A stretch of 64,000 bases of DNA from Podarcis pityusensis (Eukaryota): assembly GCA_964106645.2 (NCBI GenBank), contig OZ067054.1; one strand, 5' to 3'. Under the pieces are notes generated by a model. The model was not told the DNA's origin and made no database searches. It worked only from the letters and a program-made list of their open reading frames with translations. This document shows, piece by piece, positions 13,781 through 25,048 of this stretch; position 1 is the stretch's first letter; each line of letters starts with the position of its first letter. The position numbers and the translations under genes were made by a program.

Positions 13781-15928
13781 TACCTGGTAGGCAAGCCCAA
13801 GGTTTCATGACTGAAGTGCCAGAACTTGACAGGATCTGGACCTTTTTTTTTCTGTTACAAGTCCTCAAAGTAAATGGAAAGCGTGTTCTGTGAGTATTGC
13901 AGGGGGATGCCGGGAAGTGCTCAGAATCCCATGATTCAGTTTCCAGATTTGGGAGGGTGCAATGGGGGAGGGGTGGCCAGGTCGTCCAGGGTCTCAGCAC
14001 ACTCCCATCTGGGATGCCCGGGTACTTGCCTCAGTGCTGCCACTTGCCCTTTTTGTAAGGAATTCCCATACCTGGGCTTCCCTGACCCCAGAATGGGTAG
14101 AAATGCTTTGGCTAAAGGAGCCAGCTGCATTTGGGCAGCCGTGGCTACCGCCTCCTGCAGCGCATGTGCCGTGCGCTTGCGGGAATCATAGGCGGCCACT
14201 GCCTGGCCAGCATGCAATATGTTGCCGATTACGGCCCCCGTTGTGTCAGGAGCAGCCAGGGCCCTGTTTGTGGCTTCCTGCTCTGTTACTAAGGCAGAAA
14301 GTAGGTCACTGCTGGGAAAGTAAATGGGAAAAAGCTGTAAGGGTGGCATGGGGCAGGCGTCAGGGCTGGGCTGGGCTTGGCTTGACTGGGCTGCTTCTCT
14401 CTTTCTCTCTCTTTCTCTCCCCCCCCCACCTCCTCTCTCTCTGAGCTAACTCTTAATAATGACTCTAATGTGGAACAGAAGGTCAGGCGTGATTTTGAGG
14501 TTACCTCGGATAACCTCCCCAAGACAGACAAAGAGCCTTTCAGCCTGCACACTCCGCCTGGGCCTTCGCACTGAGCCTCCCTTGCTCTCTCGTCTCTCCT
14601 CCCCTTCACTTCTTCCTCTCCTCCGCCAATCATCAGCTGGGACAGTTGTAGAACTGGAATATGGTGTGTGTGGGTGTGTGGGTGTGGGGGTGTGTAAAAC
14701 AGCTATCTCTGGGCTCCTTCTTGAGTAAGTACAAGACTCCTGAAAACATTTTTGGTTTCTGCAGAAGAGGAGATTTGAGCCCAAAGATGAGAGGAAAACC
14801 CAGGGCTCTTGGAAACTCCTGCACCCTTAAAGGCATAAGAGTTCTCCCTTTGCCAGGACTGGACCAAGGCATGGCCTGAAGCAAAGGACAAGATGCCCTC
14901 CTCTCCCCAATTCCACATACTGGACTGGTCTTTGAAATTTACTTCAACAGTGGCAATGGAATAGTATTCTGACAGACATTGGAGGGCCGCTAGCTAGCTT
15001 AGGGGCCGCAGGACAGGGTGTGTGTGGCACATCCTTACCACTGCTGCCCATCCCCACCCCCCCAACAGCTGCCTGACTGACCTTTCCTGAGAGACACTCC
15101 ACATATTACACCGTTCCCTGCTTCCGCATTTTGAAGATGTGTTGCGGAAACAGGAAGCGGCCAAAAAGTTACAATTTTTGCACTGTCAAGGAAATGAGTG
15201 GCATATAGTGCCTTGCACATCCCTTAAGACCCACTCTGAAGGTTGTGCCATACATACTCACACCTGAGCATTTCAGATCTAACAAAGGCCTGCAACGCTG
15301 GGCTCTCTTCAAAATGTAAGCAGAGAAATGTAATGTCGGAGAAAGGGTTGCTTCTTCTCCCCCTCCCCCTCGCATGGCATGTACCCACTGCTTGATTCTC
15401 ATTGGAAATTTGTCCAGGTAGTGGAAGACGCTAAGGAGGAAATCTAGCTGGCATTTACAAAGGAGAGAGCCAGAGAGAAGCATGGAGTCCAAAAGCGGGA
15501 GGGTGGGGGGAGGAGGAGGGGATGACAAAGCCACCTCTTATTCCTGGTTCTTGCCTCTCCCCTCCTTGTGTCTCAGCACAGAGTAAATTGTACACCCCAG
15601 CAGTGTTTGGTGTGGGGGTAGCGCTCCCTCTCCTCCTCTCCTCTCCCCTCCAAGAGCAAGTTTTCAGAGCTCTCTACAGGAATAGGCCCCTCCTGTGCTC
15701 AGAGTAACCTTAGCCCCTCTGGGCTCCTGCCAAACAGATGCAGGGGACTGGAACGGGCCCAAGCAGAGCTCAGCGCTTGTGAGTATTTTAGGAAAGCTCC
15801 GCTCTGTGTGTGCGTGTGTGTCTGCATTAAAGGGATACTACTACTCTCTTTCCTTTATGTTAATTCCTTCTCTTTCTTTGTGCTTTCCTTCTTTCCTCTT
15901 TCTCTTTCTCTCCAGCCTTTAACCTACC

Positions 15929-15988
<60 letters not shown>

Positions 15989-15989
15989 T
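15929..15989. repeat. (TTTC)n microsatellite
   Basis: About 15 perfect units. Confidence 0.97.
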
Positions 15990-18900
15990 GTATGCACTGA
16001 CAACACTTTCAAGTCGCCATGGAGTACACAGCAGGCGTCGGAGAAACGAAATCCCTAGGTTTTCGAAACCTTTCCTCAGCACCCTTCCTTGATTTGTCCC
16101 TCTCCTTCCTCCCACCTCCTGTCCAAAGCCCAGAGCTCATATTTCTGTTTATTGATTGATTCATTTTCTGAGAGAAACCACATTTTAAAATAACTTTTAT
16201 TAAAGCTGAGAGACAAAGAAGGAGATGCTGTCCAAAGCCCAGCACAATTGGCAGCCTCTGTGCTTTAAGAGGCCCAGCTGGGGTAGGGGAGGGTCTGCAG
16301 CTTCATCCATGCAGTGCAGAAAATTTCTGCACCATGTATGATGTGTGAGGCCTGGTTGCAGTAAGTAGCAGGATACTGAAGAGCTGCTTGCAGATACTAA
16401 GACATTGTGTTGTGTTGCAGCCCCATGGCGTGTCAGCTCTGGGGCAGGCTTTATAGAGCACACCTTGCAACGGCTGCCAAAATTGCAGCTTCAGTCCTCC
16501 TGTCTCCAGGAGGAGAGAACAAAACTTGGGAGTGGGGGCACGTATAGCCAAGGGCACTCAGTTTTATTTACCTACAACAGAGGAAAAGTCAAAAGGTTCA
16601 AGACTTTTCCGATGATAGGCGACAGTCGAATGGTGCTTGGGTCAGCGGGGAGATTGTGTGAAGAGCATGAATGGAAACTAGTTACTCAGTCTTGTGAAGT
16701 GAGAACTTGGGGACATTTGACAATAATAGCAGGCAGCAGGTGTTACCCAGAAGGGAGCAATGTTTTACACAGTGCATACTTAAACCACAGTCACACAACT
16801 TGTGTGACTCATTAGCAAGGGATGTTGTGATAGCCTGGCAGATAAAGGTGTTTGGGGGAGTGGGAGTGTGTGTCAATTAATTTGTGGAAGATCAGCCCAC
16901 CTTCGGCTATTAGCCAAGATATTCACAGCAAGCTGCCTCAGTCTGAGGTATCACGACATGTCTATGAGTGATTGGGATGAATGGAACAAGCAGCTGACTC
17001 TGAAACTACACGTATATAAATCCCACTGCTGGAGGCAGAGCTCTGTGCCAGGTGGGTCACTGGCTTGGGGTGACCCATCGTTTTGACAGCTTTTCTGATT
17101 TTCACATGTTTCCTCTTGCCTACCACAGGATGCCAATAAAAAGCCTGTGGCCAGAATGTGAAGGCATGTCAAAAGCAGCCTGCCATGGTTTTGGGGCTTT
17201 GCCCAGGGCGCTAATTGCTTGTGCATTTCATGAGTGACCCATAATAGGACCCAGGCCCACGAACAGAGGATTCTCTTCAGGCCTGCTACTGTTCTTCATG
17301 GTCATTTCTCGTTTCCTGCAAAGCATAGTTTGCACAATGGCCAGACAAACTGTTGGTGGATCGCAGAAGGGGCACCCAGGAAGCAGTGGCATTTGAGGTG
17401 GTTCAAGACGGATGTATTTGAAAATGAAAATTTGTAGAACTCTTGTAGTTTTGAGATGAAGCTACAATAGATCTGCATTGTGTCTGTTGGAATTGAGTTG
17501 CATTTAGGGACAAATGTTCCTGAGATCCATTTTGTATTGGGAGGAGAACTCAAGAATGATTGTGTTTTGATTGTGTGGTTTCAGGCATCTGTTTTGCTAC
17601 AGATCCTGCAGCTGATATATATACACCCTTCTTGTTGCTCAAAGTCTCCCCTCTAAAACCAGTTGCTTGTTTATTGGTGGCTTTTGACTTCACCAAGTAT
17701 CCTGGCTTGCAAATGTATGACAGGTGTGAGTCTAGTCCCTGCAAAACAACCGAATTCTACTGCAGCCCCAATGTGGTCAAATCATGTAGATCCCCTGCCC
17801 TAGCCTGCTGAACACCTAATTGTGGCAGCCTCCCTCTTTAGCAGATAAATATTCTGGATATATGAGCATCCCAAGGTTTGACATCCCCCTCACCCAAAGG
17901 TCAAGCTTTTGGGAGTGCCTGATTTGAGAGCTCGCAGAAGGCTCAAATGTGCTCGCAGAATGCCTGCCTCCGCAATCTCCTTCCTGTGCCACCCAAGGTC
18001 TCAACAACTTACTGGTAGTGGAGGGCAATACCCAGTGCTCATTTTGATTGTTTTCTCCCATGGCCCCAAACTGTTGATCTCTGTGGCTGCGATCCCCTGG
18101 GTGATGCGGATGCCATTAGGAAGTTGAATTCCTATGCGTTCTCTGTCTGTTTCCCACCCTCCGATCCCACCCCTTCTTCACGGCCCTGGGCACTGGCAAC
18201 CCACGCTACGCCACTACCTTAGGGTCCCTCCCAAATCTACAAATCCATGACTCTATGGTTCTAAGTAAAGTCCCAGTGAGTTCAGTAGGGCTTACTCTCA
18301 AGTACATGTACATAGTAATTCTCTGAATGTCGTTACTGCAATGGAACATTGGTTTTATGCTCTGGGGACAGTGGACTGCCTTTGGGAGCTCTTCAGATGT
18401 TCTTCAGTAAGAACAAGATAGAAATAGCATGCAAGCTTCCATGAATGACAGCTCACCTGCCACTTCTGATCTTTCCTGGTAATGTGCAGTTATATGACAG
18501 GGTGGGGCATGTTGTATGTTCATGTGCAACAAATGTGAAGCCAAACACCCCTAGCCAGCACTCTGTGTGAAAACAGAGTGTGCGCCCTGCATGTTCTAGA
18601 CTATTCTGCAATGTGCCAGGGTTCATAGGTAGATGGACTTCCTACCTTACAAGTAATAAGTTTGAAAACCGCTGCCAAGCCAGAAAGAAGTCATGGTCTT
18701 TTAAAACCAATTGCATTTTTCTCTCGATAGAGCTGCTTGATCCAGTTTATTAATACAGGGAATGTCAGTTTTAGATGCGCAAATGCATCTCTGAGTATGC
18801 CAACCATCACTAGGCTTTTCAATGCCAGTGTTCTCCAGGCTGATGTTCCCACTAGAAGAAAGCCAGATCTCTGGGAAAGGCAGAATGCAGATTCGGTATC

Positions 18901-20191
18901 CTCACTGCTCAAAGGTAAAGGGCAGGGTTGAGAGGTTGCATGTTCCTGGCCTGTTTACCTGTCCTCTTAGCCTTTCTTTTAAGGAGATATTTGACTATCG
19001 CCCTGTAGAGCAGTCTGTTCTGTCCTTTTATCTGATCATCCATTGAAAATATTTCATCTTTTATATCTGTCAGTCTGTATGCCCATTGAGAGGGCACCTC
19101 CAATTTCCCGTACGAAGTGGAAGAAAATGGTCTTCAGGCTGCTTGGGGCTTTGCCACCCTGTTGCTATTCCGCCATTTTAGGGGAGCGCAGGGTTGGCGA
19201 TGTTCTCCCATCTCACTCCTTTTTCTGTCTCTTTCGCCTTCATCAAATGGCTGCAGCAAGCACAGGCTGCTCGTAAAACCTGGCTGCCAACGGGTACCAG
19301 GGCAGTGCCAAGTCTCCTCTTAAAGAGACAAAACACCTTTTTTCTTCATGTGGGATTAGCAGTCCAGCTGCAATTAGACAACAGAGGAGGCTGGAATATA
19401 GCTTAAAGAGGTACCTTTTCAACCATCCATGCAAACAACCAACCCCATTCTATGTTTCTTCTCTCCTTCCTCATGGCATATTTAGATCCCGAGGGGAACA
19501 TGGAAGGGAGGCTCTGAATCCAGATTCTTATTCTCTCTTCTGTTCTCCCCATTCAGTCCTATTCCCCTAAACATCACTATTCCTACTATTATTCCTATTT
19601 TATCATCTGCTTATTTATTATTCTAAATGTGGAAATAACAACAGCAACAATAAATAACATCACAGCTGAGCGCAGACCCAGGAGTTGCTGCTTCCTACAC
19701 TTTCCCTTTCTGCTGCTTTCCCTAATTCCTGAAGACCAGAGACCTCCGCCCTTCTCCTGGTCCATTTGTTTTGCCAATGCACACTTGCCTGGAGCTAGAT
19801 CTGTTGTCACTGAGCCTCAGCTTAGACTCTGCCGCAGTCCCGTCTCAGACCATAATGCTTGATTTAGAAATATGGAGCAAAGAAGGTATATCTTTGGTTT
19901 AACTGTAGTCCATATAATATTTTAATTGGGCCAATCAACCAATTAGCTACCTATTAAAGGCTTTTGGCAGCAGAATTTTGAATAATGGCTGGCTCAATAA
20001 AAGCTATTTCCTCGCTTGTTCTGTGTCATAGGGTCCTCCTTCATTTCCTGATGGGGCCAACACAGCAACCAAGGCTTTGATCTAGTGTTTTATTAAGTCA
20101 AGGGTGTTGTTTGAAGCCTTACTTGGAACTGAGATTTGGTGGCTCTTCACTTGAGCTGTGGCTCCTCTATCAGCTCCTACTGCCATGAAGT

Positions 20192-20208
20192 GGTGCCATC
20201 TAGTGGCA
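20192..20208 (-). promoter_or_regulatory. Candidate CTCF site
   Basis: The minus strand reads TGCCACTAGATGGCACC, a close match to the CTCF core CCASYAGRKGGCRS. Confidence 0.6.
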
Positions 20209-20432
20209 GGAGTGTGCACTGTAGTACGGCATGACTCTTTCCCTAACACAGTGGCACTTTGCAACAATGGCCCCAGATCTATGGTACTTCTTGCTTTCCA
20301 AAAATCTCAGTTCTCCTAAATGCCAAGATTACACACACACTTCAGTGAGTTGTCTCCTGCCTTTTAAGGGTTTTATGCACTCCGAATGTCTGCATTATTG
20401 CAGTACAAATACAAAAGCTGAATTTCTATGGG

Positions 20433-20610
20433 TGGGCCCATAGGTTAGTGTTCATGCTTTGCACACTGATGGGCCTGCGTTCAATTCCTAGTGTTTTCAG
20501 TTTTGTAAAGACTTGCATAGCTCCACCTCAGACCCAGGACAACCACTGCTAGCCTCCGTAGACTGTATTGGATTATATAAACCAGTAATATAAGCAAACT
20601 CTATACATTA
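20433..20610 (+). mobile_element. Degenerate Squam2-like SINE
   Basis: tRNA-like head (catgctttgcac...gttcaattcct) followed by ccactgctagc...gtagac...tataagcaaact, resembling the recalled Squam2 body and tail. Confidence 0.45.
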
Positions 20611-21522
20611 ACAAAGAGATAGAGATAAGCCCACAGCTGGGTTGGAATTTGAATTGCAGAGAATCCCTAGTTGTGGAGAAAAGTCTATATACATTTAAGA
20701 GTGTGGTTTGATTTGAAGGTTCAGGAACACAAGGATCTGGGCAGGACTTCTAGCAGTGGGAATTCAATGTTCCGTATCCCCACTGCTCTGTAACATCTTC
20801 CAGTAGCTATTATTTGATTACTCCATGTCTTTCCCTGCTTCTCTGTCTCACCTTGTCACCATTTGATATTGCCCAAGCATTTGAAATTATATGGGAAAGT
20901 ATTCTGACAAGCCAGTTTTGGTTTCTTTGGTGCAGAAATACACCCGGCGCTGCTTACCCACTCCCTGCTCCCGCTTTATCTGCCTAACCACCTTTCTCAG
21001 AATCTCTTTCCAACTACTGGCTCTGTGCTGCATGTTGCTGCTGCCGCGGCCGCCCCTTTCATACTAGAGGCTGCCATCCTCTGACCCAGACAATTGCTAG
21101 ATCCAGAAAGCCTGATGGGCCTCTGCAGTGGGGATCAGGAGCTGCCCCTCTTGCTTTGGAGAGGCTGCTGAGCAGGAAATGGTGCCAGCATTGTTTGGAG
21201 AGCCTGTATATCCCCCCTCCCACCTCCTCCTCTGTGCCCTTGCCAATCAGAGGCCTCCAAATCATCACTGCCCCAACCAGGAGGGCTAGGCAGATGCAAA
21301 GTACCAGCAGCTTCCCTTAGTTATGGGCTGTAGAGGAGCAGGCTCTGGGCCAATGCAGGCGTTGCTGTCTTTTCTTGTTCTTTATGTGCCCTGAGAAAGA
21401 TGAGGAGAGGGATTTCATCAACAAAGGCGAGGGCATGGGTTTTCTTTAGTAGAGGGTCTTTTTCATCCTGCCAGATCCAAACAGTTTGCTTTAAGAAAGG
21501 GCAGGTCTGGAGAGATGAGCAT

Positions 21523-21524
<2 letters not shown>

Positions 21525-21566
<42 letters not shown>

Positions 21567-21583
21567 TGTGTGTGTGTGTGTGT
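21525..21583. repeat. Compound (GA)n(GT)n microsatellite
   Basis: Seen directly in the sequence. Confidence 0.97.
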
Positions 21584-21586
21584 AGG

Positions 21587-22030
21587 AGGGCATTCCCTGA
21601 TTCTATAGGATCAGAATCCAAATAAAGAATTGAAGTACTGATAGTATTCCCCAATTCCAACAGATAAGACCCTGATGGGGACCGTTATGCTGAAAGGACT
21701 GAGACAGTTACAGGCATTTGGAGAAGGGGAGATTATTATTGGGGAGGATTTCAATGTGGTTCAGAATCCCCAAATGGGTAGAAGAAATGAACATGATAAA
21801 ATCACTCAAGCCCTTTCACAAAAAGCTCAAGCAGTTTTGAACTTTTCAGATGGGTTGATGTTTGCAAATACTATAATATATAGAGGGGGAAAGTTGTACT
21901 GTCTCTTCTTCACCTTCTCATAAGTCTTCATTTTTATATGTGCCCCCCCCCCCGAAAGGACACGAGCTAGTTTCTTTCTCACCAAGTAGGGGAGGGGGAC
22001 CTAACATAATTTCAGATCATGCACTTATTC
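21587..22030 (+). mobile_element. L1/Tx1-type APE endonuclease pseudo-fragment
   Basis: IIIGEDFNVVQNP (GDFN motif) in ORF 21675..21923 and downstream ISDHAL (SDH codons 22012-22020); frameshifted. Confidence 0.7.
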
Positions 22031-22514
22031 AAGGACTTCAGCAGGTTAAACAGCTTTGCCATCAGTATTGATGTTGGAACTGTTCTGCAGTCCCCTGCAT
22101 TTAATCAGATCTTACCAAGCTTGAACTTCATGCTTTTATGGATACCACTGAGAAATATGGATAATTAAGCAGTATATAAATGCTAAATAATATATCTGTA
22201 TATATATTTAAAAAGCACACCCGTACCTGCTTGCTAGTGAGCTACTCTCTATTCACTGTGGAGTAAAACTTTGCTGGAACATTCAATGTGCTTGTGAAAC
22301 TTGTTGAACCATATGTACTGATACACTTACCAAAGGCATTAGAATATCACACTGCCCTGCCATAGTCAGGGCTCGTGCCTAGGTTTTTATGGCATTGAAG
22401 CCATAGTGTTGACATTGGTCCACATTGGTCAAACATTTATCTTTGTTGCATAGTCTTAGAAGCTTCTGCACTTCACCATTCACAACTGCACCACTACTTA
22501 GAAATAAGCCCCAT

Positions 22515-22698
22515 CACAGGAGCCAACTCCTAGGGGCCATGGGGTCTATGCTCCCCAATAAAATACTTGAGGGGGCTGCCCCCAAAAAGTTGATGGTGAT
22601 CACCATTCAAATGGTGTGCATGCACCGCATTATGTGATCAGTTATGTGGTGCGGGGCTCACCTGGCCCCCCAATGTTTTATTCAAATTGGCACCCCTG
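22515..22698. mobile_element. Non-autonomous DNA transposon (hAT-like) with 8-bp TSD
   Basis: AGCCCCAT duplicated at 22507-22514 and 22699-22706. Imperfect 12-bp TIRs cacaggagccaa / ttggcacccctg. Confidence 0.65.
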
Positions 22699-23889
22699 AG
22701 CCCCATGGATTCCAGTGGGGCTCACTCACAGGTAAGTGTGTACCACTACTACATTAAGAGTTACTGTAGAGGTGCTGGGGCTATTTAATTGTTGTTGATG
22801 CTGTTAATATTTGTCTGTAGATAGGCTTACAAGAGAGAGGAAGGGAATTGGGTGGGATGTGGTTGAGTGACTCATTGGTGAAGATGGATGAAACTTGGCA
22901 TGGCTTAGAAGAGTTCAGTGGCTCCCAAGGATCATGATCAACCACCACCACCTCCACCATCCTTTTACTAGGACTGATAAAATTGGGTGGTATTGAATGC
23001 TAGTCCTACTCAGTTAATAGACATGGCTGACTTGGCTTTGTTAATTTGATTGGTTGCACTCTGAGTAATACCTAGTTGAACACAACTCAGTATCATGGAG
23101 CAAGCTTTTGAGTTCTCCAGCATGCTTCATCAGGCTGGATGCTAGCAAAACAGAGAGAGGGAGAAAAATGTGTAGAGTTGTCGCTCCAAAATCTGCAGCC
23201 TTAAAATGGAATGCAGGCCAGCTGATGCTGACATAACTTGATTGGCTCACTAGGTACAAGACAGATGGCAGGGTGCACCCAGGGACCTAGGGTGCTTCTG
23301 GGAAAAAGAAAGCAATAATACCTGTCACCCAGTTTTGAAATATAAAATATATCAGTTACTCGGTTCTGTTTCCACTCTATCCAGCCCTAATCAAAACACA
23401 CAAGTTTCTTTTGAGGCAGAAGTGAAGACAAACATGGTAGTTTTAAAGCTGGAGTTTTTACAATGTACATACTTATCACATCCGGGTGTTAACAGGCTGA
23501 CCTTCCTCTTGAGACCATGACCTTTCCTGCTTGTTTTCATCCCCTTTCCCTTAGGCTATGGCACAGGAAGAGTTTTCCTGAAAGGCTGTCATCATAGGTC
23601 CTCCTCTAGATGGAGCAGAAGATCTATGTTGTGGAGCTTCACGAGTAAAGTGACATGAGATTGTGAAGGGAGCGTCTTCTGTGTCAGGCCTAAGAGAGCA
23701 AGCTGAGCTTCCAGGAGAGCTGCCTGTGTGCTAGTTCAGAGAGCTTTTTCTGTGGCCTGTACACTTACTGAGGTCTCTCAGATGGCACAGATAATCCTCC
23801 TGGAATCTCAGCTTACCTTTGGGCCAGGCACAGAGGATGATTCCTTCTCAGTCCACTGCCATTTAACTGAGGAAGCTCCATATAAAGGG

Positions 23890-24090
23890 TATCTATGAGC
23901 TAGACTTGGACCAGGGAAGTCCAGGTTTGAGTTCCCATTCATCCATGAAGCTCACATGACACTGGGCCAGGCATCATCTCTCAGTCTGATCTACCTCACA
24001 GTCTCATGGTTGTTTTTGTGAGGATAAAATAGTGTTACTTAGAGGAAAGATGAGTTGCTTGGAGTAAGGAGGTATTACAATAAAATAAAT
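23890..24090 (+). mobile_element. MIR/Squam3-like SINE (degenerate)
   Basis: ccaggtttgagttccc B-box remnant and ctacctcaca...gttgt...gtgaggataaaat core. Confidence 0.6.
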
Positions 24091-25009
24091 TGTATGTGTG
24101 ACTATTGGGTAAGCTGTCAAACGACTTAATGGGGAGATATATGAGTGAATAGATAAAAATGGGATAGTGGTGGATTGGCTAGACAGCTCACCAAGCGCAC
24201 ACTGAGGGTTGCAGGTGGAAGATATATTGATCCATGGCTATGTCTGCACATGAAGGATGGACCTCACAAATGATGAGCTTCGCAGTGAAGTCAGCTGGTT
24301 ACTCGGAGGAGACAGGACATAAAACCTCTTGAGGAGAGGAGCTGTGCATGGGTGTCTAGATGCAACTCCTCCCTAGTCAGTCATCTCATAAAATGTACTG
24401 GGCAGGACAAGGTTAGCTTGCTGAGCCCTTGCAGAAGCAGGATAAGCAAGCAGCATTATAAAGATGTGTGATAGTGAGGGACACACACACCCCCTCCTGA
24501 AAACATGGCAGAGCCTGTAGCATAGATGAGTGGTGGCAGCTGAGCTTACTAGACAGTGACAGGGAGGGTTTGGGGCCAGGCCATGCCTGGGTGGGTTGTA
24601 GGGCCTGGCCTGGCGCAGTCCATCTGTTGCATTGTCATTCATGCCCTTTGTGTGTGTTTTGGTGAGAGAAGGGGCGGGCAGGCGCTCAACAGCTAGCCAG
24701 AGTGTGTGGCTGGGCTGGCTTCCAATCTGCCTTCCATCCGTGACCTTTAAGGAGCAGAGCAGTGCAAGGAGCTCTTTCAGGCAGGGCCACCCCAACCTGC
24801 AGCTTATCCAATGGCTGCTTGTAGGTTCCTTTGCCAATAATGCAGTGGGAGGAGCTTGAATGATACTGAATAATGCTTGAAGAGAGGAGCGTCAAAAAAA
24901 TAAATGCATTGCATCATGAGGCACCTTGGACCTGTGCTCTATCCATTTAGTTACCCCTTGCCCTGTGCTTCTGCTTCCAGTCCAGAAGCTGGTTAGATGT
25001 TAGGATATT

Positions 25010-25014
<5 letters not shown>

Positions 25015-25046
<32 letters not shown>
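25015..25046. repeat. (CA)n microsatellite
   Basis: Seen directly in the sequence. Confidence 0.97.

Positions 25047-25048
<2 letters not shown>

Noticed and set aside
13479-14000. 173-aa minus-strand ORF (and similar ORFs at 36702, 38088, 38551, 40278)
   Set aside because: Read-through of non-coding SINE or MITE sequence.
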